Shown here in pieces: positions 16,601-25,000 of a DNA stretch of 64,000 bases. The notes under the pieces were generated by a model, which did no database searches, was not told where the DNA came from, and was given only the letters and a program-made list of their open reading frames with translations. The number at the start of each line of letters is the position of its first letter. Positions within the stretch are counted from its first letter, which is position 1. The translations under genes and the position numbers were made by a program. This DNA is from Anaerolineae bacterium (GTDB taxonomy: Bacteria > Chloroflexota > Anaerolineae > Aggregatilineales > JAFGMM01): assembly GCA_016927535.1 (NCBI GenBank), contig JAFGMM010000257.1, positions 1,761 through 65,760 of the forward strand, in the 5' to 3' direction.

Positions 16601-19026
16601 CGCACCTGCACCGCGCGGCGCTGCGCCAAGCGCTGCAAATCTTCCTCGCGCGCCTTCGCCAGCCGGGTGCTCTCCTCCTCCAGCACCGCCGTGCGGATCA
16701 CCAGCGAGGTCGCGCCCGCCATACTCTCCAGGAAAGCATCATCTTCCGGCGCGAAGGGCTGCTTGCCGAACAGCGCAAAGACGCCCAATACCTCGCCGTC
16801 CGGCGTGTTGAGCTTGTAACCGGCGAAGGACTCCAGCCCAAGCGCGCGCGCCCACGCAAAGTCTTCTTCGTGCGCCGGGTCGCTCAAGTCGTTGGTCAGG
16901 AAACGCGCCTCGCTGCCCGCCGCGATCTCCCCGATAATCGAAACCCCCAACGGGATCCGGCCAAGCTCGCCCTCGTCCGGCTGCTCCTGCCCCGAACCGG
17001 CCTGGAGGTACAAAAACTTCTGCCCATCCTCCCGCTGAACCGTCCAGATGCGGCAGAAAGCGACCCCCATCTGCTCGACAATCCAGTCGGTCACCTTGCC
17101 TAACTTGGCGGTTAGCGGCATCGGCGACAGCAGTCTCACCAGCAGGTTGCTGAACTGCCCATACAACTGGGCGCGCCGCACCTGCGCTAACTCTAATTCT
17201 TTGCGGTCGGTGATGTCTACCGAAAGGCCCAACACCCGGCGCGCCACACCATCGGCGTCGATCAACGGGCGCTTGACCGTTTGCATCCAGCGCGTTTTGC
17301 CGTCGGGATAGGTAATTAACTCCTCCGGGACAACCCTCACTTGCCGGGTTTCCATCACCTCCCGGTCTTCCTGGGCGATGCGCGCCAGGAAACCGGCGTC
17401 CGGTCTGAAATCGGCGTCGGTCTTGCCGGTGATTTCGGCGCTGGTCGTGCCATAAGCCGAAGCAAGCGCCTGGTTCGCCAGCAAGAAGCGCCCTTCGCGG
17501 TCGCGCACGAAGATGAAGTAAGGGCTGCTGTCGATCACTTGGCGCAGGAATTCGCGCTGCTCGTCGATCTCCTGGCGCGCCTGCACACGTTCGGTGACAT
17601 CGCGGATCAGGATAATGAACCGGATATCCGAGTCGTCGGGCGCCTCTTTCATGGCAATCGAAAGCTCGTACCACTCGGCGCCCCCCGGCCCCTCCAGCGA
17701 ATAGACCGCGCCGGTGTCGCGCTTCGTATCAATCGCGCGCGCGATGGCAGCCATGATCGTCTCGGCGGCGGACGGCGGCATAACCTCCGTGACCGTCTTG
17801 CCCAGAAAGGACTCCGGCGGCGCGAGTAACCGTCCGGGATCGGTGGCATAGGTCTGGCGGAAGCGCCCTTCGCAGTCCATCTCGAACAGCAGATCAGGCA
17901 GCGTGCTGAGCGTGGCGCGGAACTGCGCGTTTGCCTCGCGCAGCGCCGCCTCGGCCTGCACGCGCCCGGTGATATCGCGCACCACCGCTTGCACGACCCG
18001 GCGTCCGCGCAGGGTCATGGCGGTCAGCAGCACTTCGGCGGGGAACTCGGTCCCGTCCAGCCGGCTGTGACGCCACTCGAACAGGCATTGTCCCTCTTCC
18101 AATGCGGTGTTAATCCGCTCGGCGGCTAAACTGAGCGAATCCTCGCCGCCCGGCTGGTACTGCGGCGAAAACGCCGACGGGTGCTTGCCGATGAACTGGT
18201 CGTAACGCTCACAGCCGAACACCCGCAGTGTAGCCGGGTTGCAGGCGAAGAATCCTTCCCCGTCCAGCAGCATCACCGCATCGCCGGTCGCCTCGTACAG
18301 CGTGCGGAACTCATCCTCGGAGTCCTTCAGGCGCTGCTCGGCGCGCTTGTGCTCGGTGATATCGCACCACACCATGTGGAGAATCGGCCGGCCCTCCACC
18401 TCGACCGCCGTCAGCGTCACCTCCGCCCAGAACTCCTCGCCATCCAGCCGGCGGCACACCCATTCGAAGCGGTGCGTGCCCTGTTCCAGCGCAGCCTGGA
18501 TCATCGCCTGCGCCTTCTCCGGCGAGCGTTGGCCGTCCGGCTGGCATTCCGGCGAGAACGTATCCAGCGACCTGTCGATGACCTGCGCCTTCGAGTCGGC
18601 GCCCAGCATCGCCAGCGCCGCCTGGTTCATCTCGACGAAACGCCCACCTTCCAGCATCAGAATTGCGTTGGCGGAGCGCTCGAAAAACACGCGGGAGCGC
18701 GCTGCGCCCTCAATCAGCCCCGCCAGCTTCGCTTCAGAAGCGCGCCGTGCGGCTTCGACGGCGCCGGCGCGCAGCGCCCGGTAGAGCAAGGCCACATCTT
18801 CGACCGTCGGCGCCAACGGCTGCAAGACCGTCTCCAGCGCGTCGAAGGTTTGCACGGTCGCCGGGATCGCATCAACCGACGCCGCCGCGCCGCTCTCCAG
18901 GCTGTCGGCGACCCAAGCCAGGGCGCCGCGCGCTACATCCAGCCGGTCCGGCTGCGCCAGTTCTTTAGCGCAGGCTTCGGTCAGATCGTCCAGGCGTTCT
19001 CGAATAATTGATGCGAGTGTTGGCAT
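10669..19026 (-). CDS. Giant hybrid sensor histidine kinase (about 6 PAS, 5 GAF, one short GAF-like module, HisKA-HATPase, four tandem REC domains)
   Basis: H-box STSHELRTPLNSI. ATPase boxes NLVNNAIKFT, TDTGIGI and GGTGLGLPI place the kinase core at about 12676-13446. Four REC units occupy 10672-12411. The start was moved to MPTLASII (ATG at 19026-19024), 1 nt after the upstream stop. Confidence 0.9.
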   Translation of the reverse strand: MPTLASIIRERLDDLTEACAKELAQPDRLDVARGALAWVADSLESGAAASVDAIPATVQTFDALETVLQPLAPTVEDVALLYRALRAGAVEAARRASEAKLAGLIEGAARSRVFFERSANAILMLEGGRFVEMNQAALAMLGADSKAQVIDRSLDTFSPECQPDGQRSPEKAQAMIQAALEQGTHRFEWVCRRLDGEEFWAEVTLTAVEVEGRPILHMVWCDITEHKRAEQRLKDSEDEFRTLYEATGDAVMLLDGEGFFACNPATLRVFGCERYDQFIGKHPSAFSPQYQPGGEDSLSLAAERINTALEEGQCLFEWRHSRLDGTEFPAEVLLTAMTLRGRRVVQAVVRDITGRVQAEAALREANAQFRATLSTLPDLLFEMDCEGRFRQTYATDPGRLLAPPESFLGKTVTEVMPPSAAETIMAAIARAIDTKRDTGAVYSLEGPGGAEWYELSIAMKEAPDDSDIRFIILIRDVTERVQARQEIDEQREFLRQVIDSSPYFIFVRDREGRFLLANQALASAYGTTSAEITGKTDADFRPDAGFLARIAQEDREVMETRQVRVVPEELITYPDGKTRWMQTVKRPLIDADGVARRVLGLSVDITDRKELELAQVRRAQLYGQFSNLLVRLLSPMPLTAKLGKVTDWIVEQMGVAFCRIWTVQREDGQKFLYLQAGSGQEQPDEGELGRIPLGVSIIGEIAAGSEARFLTNDLSDPAHEEDFAWARALGLESFAGYKLNTPDGEVLGVFALFGKQPFAPEDDAFLESMAGATSLVIRTAVLEEESTRLAKAREEDLQRLAQRRAVQVRISTEVAQEIAAATDIATLYERVVTLVKERFNYYHAQIFRYEPAQNAMVLMTGYGEPGARMLARHHRVEIGTGIVGTSLATGGPVLASDVREDPYWIPNPDLPETRGELAVPIKWRGEVLGILDVQSNVAGALTQEDWVLLEGLCGQIAIAINAMRLLEEANIFRQFAEASGQGLGMADLEGSFIYVNPTLTRFLGAESADRLIGEKVYSFFPEDVARSVRGEIMTIVREQGQWSGELPCVALDGSVLDTIQNIFTIYDERGQPQYLANAITDITARKQAEESFRLFRRLADASGQGLGMATLEGIIIYANPTLSGLLDETSPDAMLNKPLGDYYPDALRRRLPTEILPTVMAEGQWTGELALVSRTGRIIPTIENFFLIRDEDNNPLYLADIVTDITAQKDAEAEMEERLRELDALYRAMSQEGWQSYREVKTLPPGYLFEHRELKSAEGLWLPEMEQATRQNALVAPGVEGGNGATVAPLSLRGGEVIGALGVYNDPLNPLSSEDLALIREVSDQVAQALEAARLFEQTQISLAETDLLYRTSRIIGNAQTIETILEGAAELATFMQMGYVGLHVFTRRSADGTPALMDVYSLRLGGETQSVRRFEGIAFDDEMRVMLLASSLDDLILYVDIENLDIEMPSRIRANLRASGNRGGVSARLSARGQVTGILTFASVAPLDEFSERDKRLVTTVADQASVALDNIQLLRQTEASLEETAALYRTSSALASATDTDSVLAAMLDYAQAPAFDRALVLIIENLDAHPSEWVIEVRAMWDRAGDEAAHLGNRFTSMPVPSGAASSAPLVADDLDDPDAGIDDAMRAIFRQMDVRSAAMVPIATGGRVFGWLLVGTIDRVHKFEEREVQNFRTVAEQAAVVLDNQRLITYSTRRAEEMGFLFRVTQAATSGGAEDLEAALGGVVEVIDDFLQAYEIDILVPVPNEKALRRMVCTHDTDVGQLVPYRGTSVGWVARHVEPLIIEDMASDRRFNDFAEETRSALVIPIAAGRELSGVLQIQSLRRGGYDDQVLRLLQTMSNSLHAVIQNIQLLRDVQEANARLGELNRLKSEFLASTSHELRTPLNSIIGFSRVLLKEIDGPLNNLQRTDLQTIHNSGQHLLTLINDILDQSKIEAGQMELSFEYFDIASVIHEVISTVSVQVSEKPVELVEQVGEGLPQVWGDEFRTRQILINLVNNAIKFTEIGSVTVAADLKTEISGRKIIHVAVTDTGIGIAPEDHYKLFEAFRQVDNTTTRKYGGTGLGLPITKALVELQGGKIWVESELGKGSTFIFSISLEPPEVEGEAEDAPAKEAEVKGPITISFDEEEPGSTEVKGPIAISFGDEEDEGRRGERAGKEEPAEGPAAISFDDFKEGEPESSRLSGLIAISFDRKPRESGEIKLEPKVVLALDDEWGVINMYRRYLVGGGYEVLGTTNPESLKQMVLDFKPSVVLLDVVLPESDINGWDVLRELKADPRTAGVPVIVCTIVDEPERGYEMGAAKYLVKPFLEDELVQAVQALEGRAIAVPVVEVQDEAPAPEPEDVPPEAPLQPKVVMVLDDQWDTINLYRRYLVGGGYEVLGTTSPENLINMVKQFRPFVVLLDVVIPDSELDGVDVLEQLKADPETQDIPVVMCSVTKDTERTLEAGAAAHLIKPFAEADLVTVVRQIDHGQLDELSVAGDAAPVETVERAESVEAVEAVEPVEPAPPKMIIALDDEWEVINLYRRYLLGAGYEVLGTASPDNMLNMVKQFKPVIVLLDLVFPAHDIDGWAILEQLKAEPATQDIPVIICTILDEEKRAQASGAAGFLVKPFLEEQLIKAVSEVERRAAAAEDVEVGIDTEPALPSVAARLARSDRPKVVIALDDEWDTINLYRRYLLGGGYEVLGTTSPDNLVNMVKQFKPIVVLLDVVIPGSEMDGWDVLRQLKEDSETQDTPVMVCTILDEAERGLAMGATRVLTKPFSEQDLVQAVRRVELDLLRKKDA
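10672..12411 (-). repeat. Four tandem receiver-domain repeat units inside the hybrid kinase gene
   Basis: The units lie at 11968-12411, 11500-11967, 11053-11499 and 10672-11052. Each begins PK[VM][VI].[AV]LDD.W..IN.YRRYL.G.GYEVLGT. Each keeps the DD pair, the LLD acceptor, T/S and K. Similarity is also visible at the DNA level through shadow ORFs. Confidence 0.85.
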
Positions 19027-19027
19027 T

Positions 19028-22000
19028 CTACTCGCCTCCTTGCTCGGTTTGTTGATCGACGCCGGCCTCAGCGCCGTGTTTCCCATCGCCATTGGCAGGC
19101 TGTGAGCAGGCAAGCTCGGCAGCGCTGCCCAGACGGACAAACGTAGGCCGTCCCAACGCCGCGCCCAGTTCGCGCACCGCCGCGCGCACAATAGCATCGG
19201 GGTCGGTCGCGCCGCGCACCCGCGAGGTGATCTGGCGCAGCGTGCGCTCACGCAGCGCGCGCGCCTCGGTCTCCTGCTGCAAGCGCCGCCCGTCGATGGC
19301 GACCGCAGCTTGGTCGCGCAGCGTGCGATAGATGCGCTCGTCGCGCTCGGTGAAGTTCTGCGGCTCCGCCCAATTGTAGATCACCACACCGATCCAGCGC
19401 CCGCCGGAGCGCAGCGGCAAAACCACCGTCGCGCGCACGTTCTGGCGCCGTAGGCTCTCCAGCGCCGCCCCGGTCATCTGAGTATTGCGGGTCACATCCC
19501 CGACGAGCATGGGGTTATCAGAGTCTTCCAACCAGATATCCGCAAACGGATAGTCCGCCAGCGCAAAACGTGCGCCGACCATATTGCTCATCTCGCGCTC
19601 GCCGGTGTCGCTCTGCGCCATCACGTGCCCCCATTCAGGCCGGCCGGCTTCGCCCAGTTCCAGGTACACCAGCATCACCGCCTGCGCGCCCGCCTCAAGC
19701 CCGTAGCCGGCTACCGCGTCGAGCAAGCCCTGCGTGCTGCTCGCCGTCACGAGCGCCTGGCTGGCCTTATACAGCACCGAGGTCTCTTGCAAGACCTCCT
19801 CGGTCTGCTGCTGGCTCAAGAGACTTTGCACGGCGATGGCCGCCTGCGAGCCGATCGTCATCAAACGCCGCAGATCCATCTCATCATATTCGGTGGGCTG
19901 GTCGTTAAAAGCGTTGATATAGCCGATCCACTGCCCGCCGGCCACCAGCGGGATAAAGATCACACTGCGCGCACCGATGCGCTCGTAGGCCGCGCGTGTC
20001 TTGGCGTCCATACGTGGGTCAGATGCCACATCACAGGCATAAAGCGGCTCGTCGCGTGAAGCGGCCTGCACAAAGGAATAGTCGCTCAGATCCATGGGCC
20101 GGTTCAACATCCTGGACTGCGCAACCTCGTCCGTACCCCACATCGCCACCGGGATAATCTGTTCTGGCACCCGGTCGTCAATCGAAGGCCGGTTAAACAG
20201 CGCCAAGCCGGCCATGTCCATCTGCCCGATCAACGTGCTGTGCCGGATGGCATCTAAGATGCCGTCGAATGACCGGGCCGCGTTGATGCGCGCGCTGCCG
20301 TCGTAGAGCGCGCGCGTCTCAGCCAGCGTGGCCTGGGTCTGTTCGAAGAGGTTCTGGTTATCGATACGGGTCGCCATCTGCCGCGCCAGCGAGAGATAAG
20401 GCTGCATTTCCTCGTCGGTAAACTCGTGCTCTTCCTCGCTTTGCAGCATCAAAATCCCCAGTTGGCGCACCCCCACCCACAGCGGCAGCACCGCTGCCGC
20501 ACAGATATTCTGCCCGGCGAACACCGCGCGCGACCCGGTGTCGATGCGCGCGTCGTGGCGGATATCGGCAAAGAACAGCGGGTCTGGGCTAAGCAGACGG
20601 TGGAACAGCGGGAACGTCTGTGATGAATACTGCGTGCCAGGCGGCGCTGGCGGTGTGCCCGCACCGCTGTACCAGTTCGCCGCCACGATCATCGTCCCTG
20701 GCTCACTGCCGCCGCCCGGCTCGAAGAGCGCCAACACCGCCCGGTTGATCCCGGCCACCGGCACCTCTTCCAGCGCCGCCGCCACAATCGCCGGCAGGTC
20801 GGCGGCCTCGTTGATACGGCGGCCAGCGTTATAGAGACTCTGGTTAAGCGCCAGGTTCGCCTGAGTCTGGCGATAAAGCTGCTGGCTGCGCAGCGCCACC
20901 GCCGCCTGCGCGGTCATCGTCAGCAGTTGCCGCGCCTCGTGCTCGGCCGGCGCAAAGGGCCGGGGACTGTTCACCTCCACAAAGCCCACCCACTCCGCGC
21001 CGATCACCAGCTTGACGATCAGCGCACAATTAAAGGTGAGCAACTGCCGGTATGCCGGGCCGATGCGCGCATCGCCGGCCGCGTCGTTGCTGATAAAAAT
21101 CTCTTCCTCGCGCAGCCGCGCCACATTGGGCAGCATCCCCATTGCGAAGCGCTCCGGTACGTCGAGGAACTGGCCTTCGTGCCAGTAAGCCGCCGGCTGG
21201 AACCACTCCGGCGCGTCATCGCTCACCCACGGATGGTTAAAGAGCTGGATGGCAACCGACTCGCGCTCGCCTACGACAGTGCTCTGGCGCAGCGCTTCCA
21301 ACACCTGCCGGAACGTCCCGGCCCGGTTAATCAACTCAGCGCCTTCGTAGAGCGCGCGCGTCTCGGCCAGGGTAGCCTGGGTCTGCTCGAACAACTGGGC
21401 GCGCTGGATGGCGACCGACGCCTGAGTAACGACCGCTTGGAACAACTGCGCGTCGCGCTCGGTGATGTCCGGCGCATGGGGCGGGCGGGTTGCAGCGATG
21501 ACCCCGGCGACCCGGCTGCTGACGAAGACCGGCGCCTCGATGATCTTGCCCATAAGCGCCTTCAGCGACGGCAGCAAGCCGGTGATATCGGTATTGGTGC
21601 CGGCGTCGTTCAGCGTGACGGTCCGGCGCTCCTTTACCGCGATCACGGCAGGGTTGCGTGTGTCGCTAAGCGGCGTCGTGGTAAAGATCGTCGCGTCGGT
21701 TGCATTGACCCCCGCGCCCGCCACGCCTTGGAGCGTCTGCGCATCCTCGTCCAACACAGCAATCCAAGAATCGGCATAGCCCAACTCCTCCACCAATGCG
21801 CGCGTAATCGCGCCGTAGACGAGCTGCAAATCTGTCACGCCGCTGACGACCTCGGTAAACTGGTAAAGCGCCTGGGCCTCGCGCAGCGCGTTCTGCGTCG
21901 CCTGGAAGCGTAGTTGGCTTTGAAGCGCCACCGCCGCCTGTCCGGCCAGCGCCATCAGCCGGCGCACCCCGGCCTCCGGGATGTCGGTCGCCTCGCGCAT

Positions 22001-25000
22001 CCCTGCCGTCACCAGCCCGATCCACTGACCGCCCGCCACCAGGGGCGCGATCACCGAACTCCGAATATTCGCCTGCAAGGTCACCGCACGCGAGGCTTCA
22101 TCCAATCGGGCATCGGTCGCCACATCTCTCATGACCAGCGGCTCATCGGGACGGAGGACGTGCACGCTGGGGAAAACGCTCATCGGGACGGTTTGGCCGG
22201 TGCGCAGCAAGCCGCCCGACTCATCGACGTGCCATGACGCCATCACATATCCAGAGTCGGGCATGTCGCCGCCCGCCCAGGGCCGGTCGAACAACGTGAT
22301 GGCGGTGCCGTCGGCCTGGCCCAGGAAGGTGCTCTGGCGCAGCGCATCCAAGATCTCGGATGCCGTCCCGGCGGCGTTGATGCGCGCGCTGCCGTCGTAG
22401 AGCGTGCGGGTTTCGGCCAGCGCGGTCTGGGTTTGTTGCAGCCGGTTGATCGCCTGGATCGCCACCGCCGCCTGCCCGGCCATCGTCATCACACGGCGCC
22501 GGTACGTCTCGTCGAAGGCGACCGCCCGGCTCATCATCAGGTTAAACGTACCGATCCACTGGCCGGCGGCGACCAACGGTACGAAGAGCGCGCTCTTAGC
22601 CTGGAAAAACGTCTTGTACTGGGTGCGCGTCGCCGCATCAAGCCGGTGATCGGCATCCACGTCTCCGATGACGAGCGGCTCGTCCGGCTTGAGCAGCAGG
22701 CCGATGATCGACTGGTCCATGCTGAAACGCATCCCCGCCTGCACAACCGGATCGTCGTCACGCTCATCCCACGCCGCCGCGCTGTCGAAGTATTCGGGCA
22801 TGTCGTGGCCTAACCACGGGCGGTTAAACAGCGCGATCATCGCGCGGCTGGCAAACGGAAACTCGACGCCGGCGAGCATCGCCCCCAATACCTCGTCGAG
22901 TGTAGTAGCCGTATTGATCTGGGCGCTCGCTTGGTAAAGCGACTCGGTTTCTTTCAAAGACTCCTGGGTCTGTTTCAGACGCCGGATCGCCTCGATTGCT
23001 ACCGCCGCCTGCCCGGCCAGCGCAGTCAACCGCCGGAGCAGGGTATCGCCAAACTCGACCGGCTGGCTCGTGTTGAGGTTGAAGTTGCCGATCCACTGTT
23101 CGCCGGCCACCAACGGCACAAACGCCACCCCGCGCGCCTGGAGCGTTTCCCTCAAGAAGAGCACCCCCTCCGGCGCCAGGTAGCGCGGCGGATTCTCCAA
23201 ATCACCGACCAGGAGCGGCACGTCGCGCCCCAGGTGCGCCATGACCGGGAAGTCCTCCAGCCGCATCCGCATCCCCACCTCCACAGCCGGCTGCCCGGCG
23301 CGCACACCCCAGGCGGCGACGACCTCCTGGTATTGGGGCATCGCGTTATCTGACCAGGCGCGGTCGTAGAGCCAAATCATGGCATGCGCCAGGCCCGGCA
23401 GGCCGATGCCCTCCAGCATGGCGTGCAGCACCTCGTCCGGCGTCGTGGCCCGGTTAATCAGGCCGCTGGCGCTGTACAGCGCGGAGGTCTCCTGCAAGGC
23501 TACCTCGGTCTGTTGCAGCAGACGCCGGTTCTCGATCACGGTGCCGGCCTGATCGGTCAGGCTGACGATGCGGCGCACCTCCATCTCGCTCAACGCTACC
23601 GCTTCGGCGGACTGCCCGCTGACCAGCCCTACCCATTGCTCATTGACCACAATCGGGAAGAGCGCCACGCTCCGGAGTCCCATTTGCCGGTGCAGGTATT
23701 CACGCACCTGAGCATCGACCCGTTCATCGGCAGCGATATCTTCGACGACAAACGGCTTATCGGGCGCGAACAAATCCACCATCGGGAACTGGGCAAGATC
23801 AAGGTCAGCGCCAATCGGGATCGCCGGGCCGCCGGAGCGCTGCCAGAGCGCCGCAAGCGACACGGTTTCAGGGCGTGTCTCGACCCACGGGCGGTTAAAC
23901 AGTAGGATGCTGGCGCTGTCCAAGCGCTGCAAGGCGGTCGAGACCACCAGGGCATGCAACACCTCATCGACGGTGGTCGCGCGCACCACCTGGCCGCTGC
24001 CGACATAAAGCGCCTCGTTCTCGGCCAACGCGCGCTGCGTCTGCTCATCCAGCCGGCGGTTCTCCACCGCCAGCGCCAGCCGCTCGGCCACCGCTTCGAA
24101 CAGCAGTACCTCGTCCTCCGTCCAGTGACGCGACCGGTCGGCGTGGACACCCAGCGCGCCGACCGGCATCCCGGCCACCGTAATCGGCGCTACGAGCGCC
24201 GCATGGCCGCCGTCGCCCGGCATCGCCAGGCGCTGCCGGGAGGCTATCGCCTGCCGAATCTCCGTCTGGGCCGGCGCGTCGAAGTCCCCCACGTAACAAG
24301 ACATCGTCGCCTCGGCAGTCTTGGGATACTCCTCCCATGCCTCGCGCAACAGACGCCGTTCGGCGGCCTGCGCCTCGGCCAGCGCTGCCCTGGTCTGGCG
24401 CAGCGCTTCCTGGGTCTCGGCGAAAAGCTCGGCCCCCCGGATCGCGCCGGCCACTTGGTCGGCAATCGTCTGCAAAACCGCTACGTCCTCGTCGTCGAAA
24501 GCGCCCGGCTGCGTGCTCTGCACCGTCATCGCACCGATCACCTCGCCGCGCGCCCGCAGCGGCAGCGCCAATTCGGAGCGCGTATCGGGCAGGTGAGGGT
24601 TTTTAAAGTGAATCCGCTCCTGCCGCACATCGACGGTCGTCACAGGCCGGTTCTGCGCCGTGCACTGGCCGATCATCGACGTACCGCCCACCTCCAACCG
24701 GTGCCCATCCGCCAACATACGCCGGCCGGCCTCGCCGGTGCCGGCGCGCAGCACGGCGAACCGGCGCAAATCGTCGAGCAAGAACAGCCCCACATAATAC
24801 AGACCCAGGTGGTCGCGGGTCATCTCGACGACCTGCTGCATCAAAAACAGCGGGTCGGCGACGCCGGTCGTCGCCTGCGAGACCTGGGCCGCCGTCAGCA
24901 AGCCGCGCGTGCGCGCCGCAACGCGCTGCTCCAACATCCCCAACGACTCCACCACTTTATCGGCCAGCAGGTTGAACACCTCCGCCATCTCGCCGGTTTC

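Noticed and set aside
13228-17103. 1291-aa ORF on the plus strand, antisense to the giant hybrid kinase gene
   Set aside because: It is a typical high-GC shadow ORF. The product is Arg/Pro/His/Gln/Ala-rich low-complexity sequence with no recognisable motif. It is fully contained in a minus-strand gene that has unmistakable PAS, GAF and kinase motifs.
19027-19251. 75-codon N-terminal extension of the hybrid kinase ORF
   Set aside because: It would overlap the preceding gene by 224 nt and encodes an Arg/Cys/Ala-rich segment. The internal ATG at 19026 lies 1 nt after the upstream stop and begins a sensible sequence (MPTLASIIRERL).
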